Shown here one piece after another: positions 1 through 14,000 of a DNA stretch of 64,000 bases. Origin of the DNA: Spirogloea muscicola. Its lineage: Eukaryota. The position numbers were made by a program, and so were the translations under genes. The stretch is from assembly GCA_009602725.1 (NCBI GenBank), contig WELB01000011.1, positions 1,160,343-1,224,342 on the forward strand, in the 5' to 3' direction. How positions within the stretch are numbered: the stretch's first letter is position 1; each line of letters begins with the position of its first letter. The notes beneath the pieces are model-generated. The model did no database searches. It saw only the letters and a list, made by a program, of their open reading frames with translations, and was not told where the DNA came from.

Positions 1-6
1 GCCGCC

Positions 7-3000
7 ATGGCCGGCGCCGGCGGCGGCGGCGCGTCGGCGCGCGGCTGGGACGAGCTGCTGCAGCGCAGCCGGCAGCTGGTGGACGGCATCGCCGCCGACA
101 CCTACTTCCCGCCCGTTCAGGTGCCTCTGACAGCCACTGCAGCATGGCACGCTACCGCCGCCGCCGCCGCCGCCGCCGCCGCTGTCCCCTGCCTCTGCTG
201 GCTTCACTTCCTGGCGGGTACTCCTGATCCGTCGCGAGCGATGGAGGAGCAGCAGTAGTGGTTGCGAAGCGCATACCCAGCAGCAGCAAAGCATTCCTAC
301 TCACACAAGTGCCCGTGCTGTGGTTCTCCGACGTTCCATCCATCAGCGGAGCCTGGACCAGCTCGAGAACCTGTCTCGCCAGCTCAAGGCCAAGACGACG
401 CGTCTCGACAGTGCCAGGGAGACCATGGCTGCCACCAGGTATCAACTCCCTGCCCTAGCTTTCCCGCTACAAGCTAGCAACCAATAGGTGGTTTAGCCCC
501 TTCATGGCGCTCATCAATGCTTCACGATCTTAAGCATTCATGCTGAAAGCCACGGCGTTTCACACTCGCGTGCTTTGTGCGCACTTCCTGACGGAGGAGG
601 AGGTGTCCCGTTTGCTCAAAATTTAGATGTCTGCAATGCAAGACTCTAATTGTCAAGACTAAAGCTCAGTCCTTAGCAAGCACAGCCAACATGGACGCAT
701 GTTCACCTGCGTGATCTGATTACAAAAGCAGAGTGTGAGTTGATGAGCTCAGTTGCTCTCCGATCATTGCTGGCTGTCTTGCAGGTTGCTGGCCAGGGAG
801 GGCATTGATGCCGACCAGCTGACGCATGACCTCCACTCATTCGAGCTCAAGGTGCGGTTAGCTTGATACACGTGATAAGCCCAAGGTAGCATGAATGTGA
901 CAACCACAACCTATTATAACGGTCCAGGCATGCTTGTGCTCGCTTACTGACAACCCATATCTGCCGAGGGCAGACTACTTTCGAGGACGTTTTCCCTGTG
1001 GAAGCAACGTCTGTGGATGAGTACCTTCAGCAGGTGCCATCATCCTCAGGAATCTCGTAGTAATCTGGCAATGGCAATGAGCCCTCTGACATTTGCCATG
1101 GAGCCCCAGCGAGCAACTCTGGAGAGCTCAACACACACCAGACCTGCGTAGCAGCATGCAATGGGCAATGCAAGCAATGCAATACCCCCTGTATGCAGGT
1201 CGCCCGTGCCAGATAGCTGAAGCCATATGCCCTTGATTGAGACTGGAGCCCTCTTTGGTGCTGGCGGTCACGAATTGTGCAGATCCACGAGATGGCAATA
1301 CTGTCTGCCATTGAAGAAGCTCAAAAGGACAATCTGAGAAACTTTGATGCCTTCATGCAGCGAGCTGCGGAGGTCTGGCCCCTTCATTGCTGTTCTTGGA
1401 TTCGGTCGTTTCTTTCCCACTAGAGGGAACATTGTACTCGTCAGGCAGAGGTCTACGTCTTGCTTATTCGTGTGACTCCTGGTTGTGTGCTACAGGAAGA
1501 CCGCCAGCAGACGAGGCGACAATTTGTCCAGTCACTTTCTCGCCTCCCCACACTCGTCACAGACAAGGCTGCTGCTGCCACACAGGTGTCCGGGCAGCGG
1601 CAGCTGCCTCCTGTACCCAAGACCGGCTTGCTTGCGCAGACAGCCCAGTCTCCAGAAAGTGTACAAGAACAAAAGGCGGCTGCATATGCGGAGATTGTAC
1701 ACGCATACAATGATGCGAGGGAGCATAATCAGCCCTTTGATGTAAGTTGATAGGTCCAAGCTTCTGATGCTGCTGCTTTGAGCAGTAGGTTAGGCATCTT
1801 CAGAGAGCAAGATTACTGCCTAAATTGCATGTGGATAGTGTCAGCACCCGAAAGCCAATATCTCTTTGTTCCCTACTTGTGCACAGCTCGCAGGCGTGCT
1901 CAAGGAAGCGCATGACAAGTATACCAAAGACGTTGCAGGGACCCGTGTCATCACAATGTCAAAGATTTGGCAGCTCGTGCAGGTCAAGCCACCTCCATGT
2001 CGTGCAGTCACTTGATCACTTGCTGAGGCATAAGCATTACATATTCACGTTCGTCAGGTCCTTTGGGCATGACTTTCGCCTCTGGTGATTGAGCCTCTGT
2101 TACATACCTGCTCCTGTCAAGTTGACACCATTCAGTCGGGTCCTCCTGGCTGCAGTCGATGTTGGCGGACAAGCCACCATCCGATGTGGTTGCTTGCAGG
2201 GCAGCTCTTATTGGAGGGGCAAGGCACCACCTCGAGCAAGGGCATGCTCAGTATCTCTTTACTGTCATACAGGGTCATGCTACGCAGGTGCTGCCTTGGG
2301 CAACTTCTATCATGCAACTGTCATTGTGCTCTTTAGCAGAAAGAAATTACCTGAATAGCATGGTTATCAGATATTCTGTCCGTCAATAATGTTTGGGCAA
2401 TGCAGATGAGCTGGCATTTCCTTGGCTCCGCTACTGACTGATCCAATCTTGGCATTGACATACTGTGCAGGCTGCACTAGGGGGATCCACCAGTAATCTG
2501 CAACGAGTGCGAGCATTCCTTAGGGTAAGAAACTCTGGATTGCTTCAGTAGTACACACGTTTCATGGTACTCTTTTTTCAGCTTTGCTGGGATGTCTGTC
2601 TCTTAGAGTAGGGTAAGGATGCAAGCTCGCCAACACAACAGACTGAAAGAGAACTTGACAGAAGAAATTGCAGCAATTCAGAGGCAAACTACTCAAGAGC
2701 AGAGCTACATGTGTACGATAGGAGTGGGCAGTAACCCCTGTGAACGTGACACCGCATCTTCTTACCTCAGACCTGCTGCAGGTGAGGTTGCGTGATCAGG
2801 GGCTCCTGGACTTTGACGCTGGGCCACATCCAAGGCAACCGCCCCTGGACACGACATGGCACCAGGTGTGGTACTTGTGTGCAGGCTCGCTGGTAGAGCT
2901 GTTATGCGGCAGTGACTGCTCTCATGCACTGCTCTTGAGGGCAGCACATTATCCTAAATACTGAGCCTAAACCCTAAAACCAAAGAAAAGCACTGCCGCA

Positions 3001-5524
3001 GATCTATCTGTGCCTGAGGTCGGGATACCATGAGGAGGCACGGCAGGTGGCTGAGTCTTCTCGTATCAGTCGGGCCACCTTTGCTTCAGCTGTAAGTATT
3101 GCTCCACAACACCTCCTTGACTTGAGCTTGTTGAGCTTGATGCATCGTAAATACTATGGTGACAACTCACTTGTAGGAAACTCACTGCTGCAAACCCCCC
3201 CCCACCAAGGCCTTTTCATGTGCACATGTGGTGCACATTCTTGGCCATGCTTGAACAAGACTGTACAACTCCTGAGCAGTAATTGAAGGTCAGCTTCAAT
3301 GGAAACAGATCATCTGAAAAACTTTCACTGCTATCTGCCAGCTGGAGGAGTGGTTGGACACTGGTGGCCACGTGTCGGCACGTACTGCCTCAGCCATGGC
3401 CGAGGAGTGCGAGAGAATTGCAAGGTCTGGGGGTGGCGGCGGCGAGAGGCAAGGGGGGGGGACATGGCGGCCGTTCTACGACAAGAAGAAGATGTTGCTG
3501 CACCTGCTGCTGGGGGGCGCCAAGCTGCTGCCTGAGCGACTGTCGCACGACATACCCACTCTCTTTGCTACCATCGAGGACTTCCTCTGGTTCAAGCTCG
3601 CAGTGCTGGACGACACGGCGCCTGCTCCGTCCTCCAGCTTCCCGGGCGCCGCTTCGACCGTTGGACCGTGCAGCCTGGGTGCTCTCCAGGTGTACCTCCG
3701 CAAGTTTGATGCGAGCTACTATGTGAAAGGCGGCAAGGATCCCCTGCTGTACCCCTACGTGCTCATCCTCAGCCAGCAGCTTCAGTTTGCAATTTCGCAC
3801 CTCGCACAGCTGGAATCAGAGAACCTGCCTGGTGGCAGCCCGGGCGAGGCGGCTCATATTGGCTTGGCGATGGCCGAGTGGGGCGCCCTGCAGGAGGGTG
3901 TCACAAGGGCCGAGGCGGTGCTAGGACTCGACGCAGCGGCCTACGTGGCGTCGCTCGTGCGCCAGCAGGGTGCGGCATATGCGCGAAGGGGCAATCTGAG
4001 GGCCGCGCTCGACTACTATCTCGCAGCAGCGTCGGCCATGGGCAAGGGGGGTGGCGTCGACGCTCCCCAGCGCCAGCAGGCCGCGCTGGAGCAGCTGCTC
4101 GTGGAGCTTCTGAGAGTGCCTGGCGGTGCGGCGCTGCTGCTGGGTCCGCCAGGCAGTGGCTCTCTGTCTCGGCACGTCACTGACCCTGCAGCGAGGCGCC
4201 AGCTCACCCTTCAGGCTGCGACGGAGGGCCGCGACGCCGGCCAGCTAGACGAGGTGACCGCATGTTGTCATGCTGTCATGTGTCACTCTTGTCTGGCTGA
4301 TGAAAGAGAGTCTTGTGCACACGGTGGAGCTAAGGACCTCGTCAAGATCTGTCGTCCTTCAGGCTAGGGAGCTGTTCAGGAAGGCTGGCGACTTTGCCCG
4401 GGCTCTGGAGGTCGCAAATTGTCAGCTGTCTGAGGCCATTGCTGCTGAGAAGGATGCCCAGGCCAACTCGGCGCTCGAGGCTGGCGTTGAGATTCTGGAT
4501 GCCCATGACTACACTGGATCTCGCAGGTCAGCAGTCACACTCACTGATAGCTATCTGCTGCCGCCAAGGGCATCCAGGCTGGCGTGCAATACATGGACCT
4601 GCTAAGACGGGCTTTCTTAGGCTGTCAGTCTTTAGCTCAGTGCATCCTGCAGGCACAGGACCTTTCTCTCATGTGCACAATGAGATCAATAGAGGGCAGC
4701 TCACACTGCTACTTTTAGTGTAACCAGCAAAGCTGTTGCTGGATTAAGTCCAATGTGCTGCTCAATAACAGCTGGTCCAGCCCAGGGTGTCAAATCCTGC
4801 ATATTTGAAGCTGTAAGGAATGCAGCTGATTTTTCAGTTCCCCAACGTCTACATCTCCTATTGCTCTTGACTGACCTCGCCTCTCTCTCTCTCTCTCTCT
4901 CCCCCTGCAGCACCCAGGACAGGGAGGCACTGGCCGTGCAACAAGCAGCATTTCGCCAACTTCAGGTCATCCTCGACTTCCAGCAACTGTATCGGTCAGG
5001 GAAGTACCTGGATGCAGTCCGGCAGCTGACCCGCCTGCCCTTCTTGCCACTGGAGGGGAGGACTCTAGAGAAGTCCTTGGAGTGCTTACGAAGTCTCACC
5101 AGACCCGCTGAGGACCGGGTTCCTGATCTCTTTAGCAATGCCCTCTCCTGCCTGGACACGCTGGCCTCTTCGTCTACCCCACTCGACCCTTCCATTGCTT
5201 CTCTTCGCTCCAAGGTGAGGTACACCTTATAATAGTCTATGCCGATGATGACTACTGCACTATTGCTTCACATGGCATTGGCCTCATGTCAGCACTGCCG
5301 ATTCAAGTTCAAGACTCATGGGGTACTTCGCAGCATCTTGGCAGCTTCTTTGCCAAATGGTAATGACCATTGCTGATACATTGAGGTCAGTAGGTTCGCC
5401 TTTCTGATGCAACAGTGTTGTTGGTTTGCAGATCATACAAGCGGTGGCTAATTCGCTGCAGAGAAACTGGCCACAGGACCTGTATGAAAGAGTTGCTCGG
5501 ATGCACGGAATGTCTGCAAGATGA
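7..5524 (+). CDS. NUP93: Nuclear pore complex protein NUP93/Nic96 (multi-exon)
   Basis: Spliced exons read WDELLQRSRQL, YFPPVQ|RSLDQLENLSRQLKAKT, TTFEDVFPVEATSVDEYLQQ|IHEMAILSAIEEAQKDNLR, QPPLDTTWHQ, LFATIEDFLWFKL and DPLLYPYVLILSQQLQFAI. The last exon 5432-5524 reads QRNWPQDLYERVAR..TGA. These match motifs I recognise from plant NUP93. Confidence 0.93.
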
Positions 5525-5747
5525 ATTTATAGGTCTTCACATGTTCCGGGTGAATGATGTGGTTGTGCAGGACCTGAGCATACGGCTTCGACAACGACCC
5601 TCGTATGGTCCTTCAGTATCATCTACTTCCATTCAATGTCAAATTGGAATGCCTCAAGCTGTGAGGCATACTGGACGATAGCAAAACCAATGTCGAGAAG
5701 ATCCAAGCAAGCTAGCTCGCAATAATGATCGCGGCTTACTTAACCAA

Positions 5748-8700
5748 CTAGACCATTGCTGGCCTTTGGGGGAGGAGGAGATTGTAGAACGCATCTCGCA
5801 CAAAAAAATCTTTCCCTTTCTCAGTCACAGCGCTTTTCCAGCCACACCATCCCCCGCTCCTGATTGTTTTCAGATCTTCCCCTCCAGTGTAATGTGGATC
5901 CAGTATCAGAAAAGCACACTCTCCTGTCATCTCGTTGTAGTCCACTCCCAAAAGAGTGTAGGCAAGCACACCCCCACCTTCAGTAAGCAGATGTTTCTTG
6001 TCAGACTGGAGCGTAAGCTCTGCCGATGACCCAATTTTGAGTTTGGCCATTTCTCTCCAACACGGGCCTAGGAATCACATCTGCTGCGACTTGCAACAAG
6101 CATCACTTCTTCAACACAGATCCTCTGCGTCAGCTTTACAAGCAACCAATTTTGTCGGCTTGATTCATCCAGCAATTGCTACCCATATCGAGCTCACCGA
6201 TCATAATGGGAGTGCCTTGAGTGTCAAAGTGGTGAGCCAGTTCTCGGCCCTTGCTTGGCATGTCAGCACCGGACTGTATGTTCAGAATTCTGCATGTAAC
6301 CTGCAGTAGTTCATAAGAAGTCGTTTGTTTGCTTTGGCATCACTTCTTAGCATGTGAACTTACCAACATTGGCAACATGTTAGAGGATGCCAAACGATCT
6401 TGGATAGTGTTCTTCAATGAACACCTATCAGGGACTGATTGTCTGCTTCTGCAGACTGCCTAAAAGGCCACCCCAATGAGATGCAATTAAGAATCATTTG
6501 CGCTGGACCATCACTGTGCAAGTAGATTTCAAAGTGTGATAGATGTGTGGTAGCCTGCTGGTTCATGGAATTGCTTTTCACCCCTAGCAGCTGATCAAGA
6601 ACATATGAGAGCTCAATAGCCCCAATCCACTGACTGGATCCCACAAAGGATGGTGGCTTATCTCCTAGATCCACCAAGGTCTGCTGTATAGACCTGCTCA
6701 TGTTGCAGTGATATTCAAGCAAATCAGATGTGACAGGCATTCCAGGCAGAAGACCAGCGGCTGGCTGCTAAGCCTAACTTAGCAATACTCTCATGGTGAC
6801 TCACTGATGCTCAAAATGGGTTGTGCATACCTGTGATTTGGAACAGCTAGGCTTGTGTAGTGTTGCAGGAGGAACCAGGACATGATCGTCTGCAGCGAAC
6901 GGTAGGCACAACCCCAGCCCTAAAAGCAGAAGTGGCAAGGCAGATCATACACTGCCCAAGCCGTATGCCAGTGGGGAGGTGGACATGACAGCGCTGCATG
7001 GCCTGTATGGACTGAGCTGCCCCTTGCTGTATTGGATATAAAGCAGGACTGCATAGCACCTAATAAGTCCTCGTCAAGAACCAGTGGAGCTGAAGGCAGC
7101 ACAATGAGCACATTTGGCTGCTAATCCAGATCAGACTTCTTACATTGTCATCCATGCGGTCCTGCATGTAGTGGAAGTACTGGTAGGAGCCCTGAACTAG
7201 GCTTGTTTGTCCTCCAACAACTACACACTTGCAACCTCGAGAACAATTCAGGATGGTGATGCTAAGTGGCAAAGCTCCAACTAAGCTTGCGCCAAACCAC
7301 CAAAGTAAAAGGGCAAGATGGTCAAGAGGCCCCAACATTTGGGCAACACACAGTCCAACATTTTGAGTGTGGTACCTCCTGATGGTCGCAAGCCCACATG
7401 CACATTCACCAGGCGAGTGCCTGAACACGTCCCAGAAGGCACGGATTCTGTACGGTGTCAAGCTCGTGAAGAGTTCGACCCCTATACCAGATATTGCCAG
7501 ATCTTGAGCAGAAGCTGTCAACAAAGTCCATTTTACCTGTGGTAGGAGACCTCTCTGCACCGAATGACATGGCGTTTGCTGTGCGCAGGAGGGGTCGATC
7601 CATAGGAAGGCCCAAACGTCGATGCAAGTCCGTTCGTATGTCCACTGCACAGACGTACTTGAAAGACTTGAAGATGTAGATGCATGTATTTTCCATGATA
7701 CTCACACCTCACTAAAGTGCGAACAATGACCTGAGTATATCAAAGGCAAGCAAAGTATAAGCATATTACCTGGAACTTGCTCCACCTCGCCGTAGGACAA
7801 TGGGTACACAGCTGTCACTGGATGAGGGAGGCCCTCGGGCATGAAGTGGTAAGCAGACACCTTCGGCAAACATCAACACAGGCCAAAAAGCAATCAGATG
7901 TACTAGTGGACTATGTGGAACATGTGGGTGCACCTAATACATTTGTGCAACTTCTGGCTCGCAGTCATTGAAAGAGATCAGGCGCAGTCCCCAGACCTTG
8001 ATACTCTGGTAGGACCCTTGCTGAGCAAGATGCTGCATGATCTTAAGTTGCACACAAGCAGCAGGGACAATGAGGCGGAAGCAGGCAGCAGCCAACGAGA
8101 TTGATTTGGGTGCACAGCAGAGAACATCAAGTCCAAGTTGAAGCCGTCTTATGGACGTCGAGCCTGCAACTATTACATGCACAACCGGAGAGCTGCCATT
8201 GATAAAGCTTCAAAAGCAGCTGTTGTATAAAGAACTTTTCCTTGTTGACTATTGGTGAGCTTGACAGGTGGGTGCAGTCTTTGCATGTTCAAGCCAAGGT
8301 AGTGCCTAAGAAACCCACACTGTATGACTGATTTCGAGAACAAGGGCATGCTGAAGCTTCACCTGGCGTATACTTTAGAACTGGAGCTAAGGCTCCCCCT
8401 GTCTTACTCCTCTGAATCATAACACTCACATGGAACGGGGCAGGCACCTGAAGTCATGTACTGAACAAGTAAGTCCCGACCAAGTCCATCAGGCCAGGCT
8501 GCTAGAAGTGGCAGCATGGCTGCTGTCAATTCTGCATCAGTGCTATCAACCCATACGAGTGAAAGAGACAGGAGGATGAGAAATTGAGCTGGTTGACAAG
8601 GCTCTTACTTGGGTGCTACGAGAGTCCTTGGGGCTCTTTGAGTGTTCTCCTTTTGGCTTGACCTTATCTCCAGTTGAACAGGCTTGGCCATTACTTGCCA

Positions 8701-9850
8701 GTCGCTCCGCAACCTCTTGTGCTTGCACTAGAATGGGGCTTTCGTTGTGCCCATCGTAGACCAGAAATGAGAGATTTGAGCACGTAAGATCGGCCTCTAA
8801 TGTCTTGATAGCCCCTTCGATGTTTACCTGCACACCTGCAAGGTCGCATGCAATATCTTCCCTCATGGAGGCTGACATGATAATGGAAGGTGGCCACACT
8901 GACTTAGTTTACAGCAGATTCTGTGTCGTACTGCCATCTGGCCTCTTTCAGAGTTTGTCTTTGGGATGAGCAACATTTCCTACAGTCTACAAATAAAAAG
9001 ATCATGGATGCATGCAAGATGCATTGTAGATCAGGCAAAGGCTATTCTCGTTACCTGCCCTTCCAAGGCCATCGGAGCAGCTTAGTGATATATCAGCGTC
9101 CAGCTTGCAGCGCAGGATACTGTGGTCTCTCCAAAGCCAGTCACGGTCCCCGGGCAGGACCTCAACATCTAGAGGCTGCCAGCTGGCTACAGAATCAGCA
9201 TGGCCTTGGTAGTAATCAACACTGACAGGGCCGACCGCTGCCAGCAACGGCCGTAGCGAATCTGCGCCTTCGTATAACACCGCAAACACTTCCTGGATTG
9301 AATGGAGAAACGGCTGGACAGCAGTCTCGGCCTCGGCGGCGAAGTAGGCCCCGAGGATGTCAATCCCAGCTGGGACAAGTGACCGAAGAGCCACTGCATT
9401 CACAAAGGGCACCAGCCTTGCGTGGCAATCGAACCTCCATGTGTGACAGAGTGCGGTCACGGAAGCAAGCCGTGGTGCCTGCCGACGAGGAGCTGACCTG
9501 ACAGCTAGCTCATGACGACTACCGTCAAGCCTTGTGCTCCGCAGTGCACCATGCAGCAGAAGACATCTCGCACTAGTGAAATCACTGTCCAAAGCACGCA
9601 AGCCGCAAAGACCGAGATTAGTAGACCTACCCGCCTCCGCACGCGCGTCCAGGCCGATGCCGGCTTCGATGCCGCCGTTGAGGCAGCCGACAGCGCTGGC
9701 AATGGTAGGCGGCACCTCCTGGTCGCCAGCAGAGCCGAGGAGCCAGCCGCACGGAACAGCGGCGGCCTGGCTGCGAGGCGCGGCCAGGAACCGGCGCAGG
9801 CTTGGCTCCACTCCCTGCAGCACGCGCGCCCGGCCAGATGACGCCGCCAT
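5748..9850 (-). CDS. UFSP2: Ufm1-specific protease (peptidase C78, long N-terminus; multi-exon)
   Basis: Catalytic motifs [45 protein letters not shown] and [30 protein letters not shown]. Probable ATG at 9850 ([10 protein letters not shown]). Confidence 0.93.
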
Positions 9851-9859
9851 GGGGGCGAG

Positions 9860-10850
9860 AGAAAGAATGCGGCTGCTGATGTTGAAGAATCGGCTGTGAA
9901 CTGCCAGAAGTGAGAGTGGAGGGGATGTTAGCTGAGATCCACGGCCGGCTGTGAGAAGGTCTGGAGTGTGTTTTGAGTGGTGGAGGGCCTGAGTGGCCAA
10001 GTACAACGCAAACCTTCGTGCATTTGAAAGAAACGAAGGCCAAAATCGCCAAGTACAAAGGCAAGCACAATTGATGACGTACATCACCCAAAGGGAAGCA
10101 CAATGACAGATGTACATAACCAGCTGCTTACGCTGACCCGCTCAGTAGCAAGTGCTCGCCCTAGAGAAGAGGCTCAGAGCTCAGTAACCACCAGTCAGCA
10201 CGAGGTCGCTAACCAAAGAAAATGAGGGGGATGGACAACGCTCAGCCAGAGCAAAGAAAGCGCGGCCAGATTGACTGGTGGCTGGGAAAGGCCAGCCCAA
10301 AGGAATGGACAAGGTCTGAAAGAGCCGGAGTGCGAAGGACTAGGACTTAGACATCAGCCAGGGAACGCTCAGTAACCTCTAGTCAGGAGATGCAAGTCTG
10401 AGTAGCTAGCCGGCGGAAAGACGTCGCCAAGGACAAGGAATGCAAACCAACCCGTTAAGAAGAAAGTGCTCGCCCATTGAGAATAGGGGCTGGAAAAGCC
10501 AGCCCAAAAAAGAATCAACGAAGGACGAGAAGGGGGCCAGGGAAGCGCTAAGAAAAAAGGCACACAAAGAAACAAGACTCTCCAGCGACCTTGCTCTTCC
10601 TTCTGGACGCTCGCATTTCACAGCCCACGCCCCATGACACAAGAACTTCAAGCGACATCCTGCTCCGACACTGTGCCCCTCCGGCTCAGGAAGCGCGGCC
10701 AGATTGACTGGTGGCTGGGAAAGGCCAGCCCAAAGGAATGGACAAGGTCTGAAGGAGACGAAGGACTAGGACAAAGACATCAGGGAACGCTCAGTACCCT
10801 CTCTAGTCAGGAGATGCAAGTCTGAGCCGGCGGAAAGACGTCGCCGGAAA
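9860..10850 (-). mobile_element. Stack of short 3' fragments of CRE-like non-LTR retrotransposons (families here called F, D, C, A, C)
   Basis: The minus strand carries GDVFPPASYSDLHLLTRGY* plus 3'UTR at about 10253-10430 and a degenerate copy at about 10689-10848 (same family as 44620-45080). An A-type tail at 10457-10562 matches 24180-24290. A D-type UTR at about 9950-10210 matches 43504-43640. An F-type tail at 9860-9908 matches 43230-43297. Confidence 0.85.
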
Positions 10851-11003
10851 GACATCGCTCCAGCGTCTCAGGCGACGCTGGAGCTGCCGGCCGCCGTCCC
10901 CGACGCCAGAGGCGAGCGTCCTCTGATGCGCCGCCAGCGCCGCAGAGTTGCCTCCTGCAACGCGGCGCAGCCCGCGGGCCGGCTGCTCCCAGCCAGCTGA
11001 GTC

Positions 11004-14000
11004 ATGAGCGTGCTCGACACTGGCGGTTGCTGGCCGCTTCCAGAGGAGGCCACTGCGAGTGCCATCTCCAGGCTGGAAGCAGGCTATGCAGCGAGCTGCG
11101 CGGTGAGTACGCAACGGCGTTCGTACACTAATGGCAGCACACTGCTACTCTGTCGAAGTGCTGCAGGATGCCTAGCCTGATCAGGGGTCCCAATGGATAT
11201 TGACATCCAGGAACTTTGCTTTGGAAATCTCGGCTACGAGGCAGCTGTTCGAGCTTGTGCAGCTCTATGCATGTAAACAGTGAACTAGCTCAGCCTTGAA
11301 TCTTGCCAGTCTCCACCACTCAGAGCTGAAGTGCTGGGCTCTACACGGGAGGCTTCGTAATGCCTGCTGGCTGTCCATTCCAACGACCGCTGGGACGGGT
11401 TTTGTGCATGCTTGTCTACATATTATCTGACAGTCTCGCAGTTCCCGTGTTGGCTCGTGCCATCAAGGAAAGACTCTTGATTGCCAGCCTTGTGCAAAAG
11501 CTGATGATGCCTGGGTTTTGCTGTTTGCTCCAAATGACTGAAGGCTGCTGATGGAGACCCCGACGTTGGAGCCTTTGAGGAAGCACTAAATGATGCTCTT
11601 CAAGCGAATAAAGACGCCGAGGACGTGTGCACTGCAGTCCTTGAGCGAGCTTCCTTTCTCCTCGAGGATTCAAGCAACTCTCAGGTCCAATACATCCACA
11701 CAGCAGGACCACCACCATCTTCTCCTTGCTGACCTCTAATAGCTTCTCTCCTGCTTACATATCAGGAAAGATGATAGTCATCCTATTCATCTCGTCTCCC
11801 GCAGTCCTCCTCAGCCTCTCTCTAGACTGTACAGTCAAGCTCAAGCTGTGCCGGGCAGAGTCTCTTATGTGCACACGAGTAGCTGGTGCTCTCACAGGAA
11901 ATGGAGTACTTCTCTAAAGTGCTGCCATGTTCTCAAGGAAGACTTGTCTTCTGACAGGTTATATGGGATAGAGCAGTCTGGGAAATAATGCACATTGTTG
12001 CACGCTCGTTCGGAGCATCCAAAGAGAGGCATGCAGCTTCAAGTCGCCTATTCATTGCTGCAGCAGAGGCGTGCGACCCACGAGAGATGTTCACTTGTTT
12101 TCTGGATGTATGCAGCCTCGCTTTGTTAGCCACTGACTTTCATGTACTTATAATCCTTGAGTGTGAGCTGTTCGTGATCATTATTGACCTGTCACCTGAA
12201 GGTTGCTCTTGTACAGACAATGCGCAGCTTTCATCTCATCATCAATTGAGGAGGTCCAGAGATCATTGTCATACTCTATTAGCGTTGTTGTTGCTACGAG
12301 CATGCGCACCACTGACTTCTTGAGCAAGCCACTCCAGGTCCTCAGTTCTGCGCAACCTGAGAACAGAGTGGATGATACGGAACCCTGGGGATTGCAGCTT
12401 GCGACACTCAATGCACTAGTAACAGGCAAGTCCTCTTTCGTGATATTTTTCAGACCAGGAGCATGACAGGGTTGCTGCAATCATGGAACAAAATCGCCAC
12501 ATCTTGGGACTGCTTTAACAGCATCAATCCAGCTTTTCAGCGCCCACCGGCGCTTGATAAGGCAGCTGCAGATCTGCAATCTGTGCAGGTGGAGAACTGC
12601 ATGGTCAACTTTGAGAGAATCAGTCTGATTACACTAACGTTGTCAATGATGCCCAGGACACCTGCAGTATTTCGGAGGCTTCCGCGAAGGCATGCCACAT
12701 TTCTGAGCGAGGCAGTGCCAATCATTTTGCAAACACTGAAATCCGTCACAAGGTCCAGGAACAAGCCTGAGTTAGATGAGGATGTGATTTTTGACATTGC
12801 AAGCCCTTATTCCCCGGGCACACTCTCGGCAAGATCAGAAGCGCGAGAGCAGAATTTGTTCCGGCAGCAGATGGCGCCAGCGGCTGTACGTCTGTGTCAA
12901 ACAGTGTGCTGTATATTTCAAACTGCACAGGTATCGCAAGCAACTCAAGCTGTCCAAAATTACTGCCATTGTTTTCCTGCTTGTAAGGGCAATCTGAAGC
13001 CTCCTTCTGCATCAAGGCAGCATGCCTGATAGATCATGATGAAGACTGATACATCTGATAGGGATATAAGAATTCATTTTGACTGTTGCTGTTTACCAGG
13101 ATGGACCAAGCCACTATGAGCTTAGGCAAGAGATTTTCTTGTTCGCACTCCAGCTTTTGGTACAGTTCATTACTGTCTGTACTGCCTGCATGCATGTGTT
13201 GACCTTTTCTCTTACAGCTTCACGGGTTTCTTATTGGATATTAGGTAGCATGTAATTGCTTGTCTTTTGCTTCTTTCGAGGTGGTTGGATCGTTAGGTGG
13301 CATGTAATCTGCTTCTTTTGGAATAAAGAACTGTGCTTCTCAACTTTGCAGGCGCTCTCACGTGTGACTTCCTTCATGCCTCATCTCAGTCGAGCAGCCA
13401 CTGGGACTGATATGAACTTATCCCTGCTGAGCATCCTCTGCCAATGTAAAGTCAGCCTCAGCGAGTTGCTCAGACCAGAGCTGCTCGTTCCCCACAGATC
13501 CAATGCACACGAGGAGGACGAAGATGAGCAGCTGGACTTACAGGCTAAATTATGCATGGATATCACCTTAGGGGCAGGCATGGCTGGTGAATGTCAAAGA
13601 GCCTTCTTATATGATCGACAGACTCTGCATCGGGTGACATCATGCATTAGCTGGAGCTTACTCCGTGAATTGTCGCCGTCATAGTGCTGGATGATTGATT
13701 ATGGGTGCGTGCAATAGAAAGGTGTGTGTGTCTTAGCAAGTGAAAGCTCTTCAGCATAGGCCTTGCATATCTTATTGCATATCTTATTGGACTGCCTGTT
13801 TGAATGTGATGCAGCATACTGGATCATCTGCCACAATGAGGAGATTGTGGCCTGCACTAACTACTCAACCAGCACAGAGGGCAATGAAGTTGGTCAAGCG
13901 GAGCAAGCAGGAAGTGATGAAGACATGTTGGACAGGCATTCAGTAATTCAGTGGCTGGTGAAGGAGGGCAACCTGCTGGAATTATCTCGAGAGCAAGCAG

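Noticed and set aside
5245..5380. Intronic box C/D snoRNA (ATGATGA..CTGA) in the last NUP93 intron
   Set aside because: No convincing terminal stem or recognisable rRNA-complementary guide, and the motifs are short enough to occur by chance.
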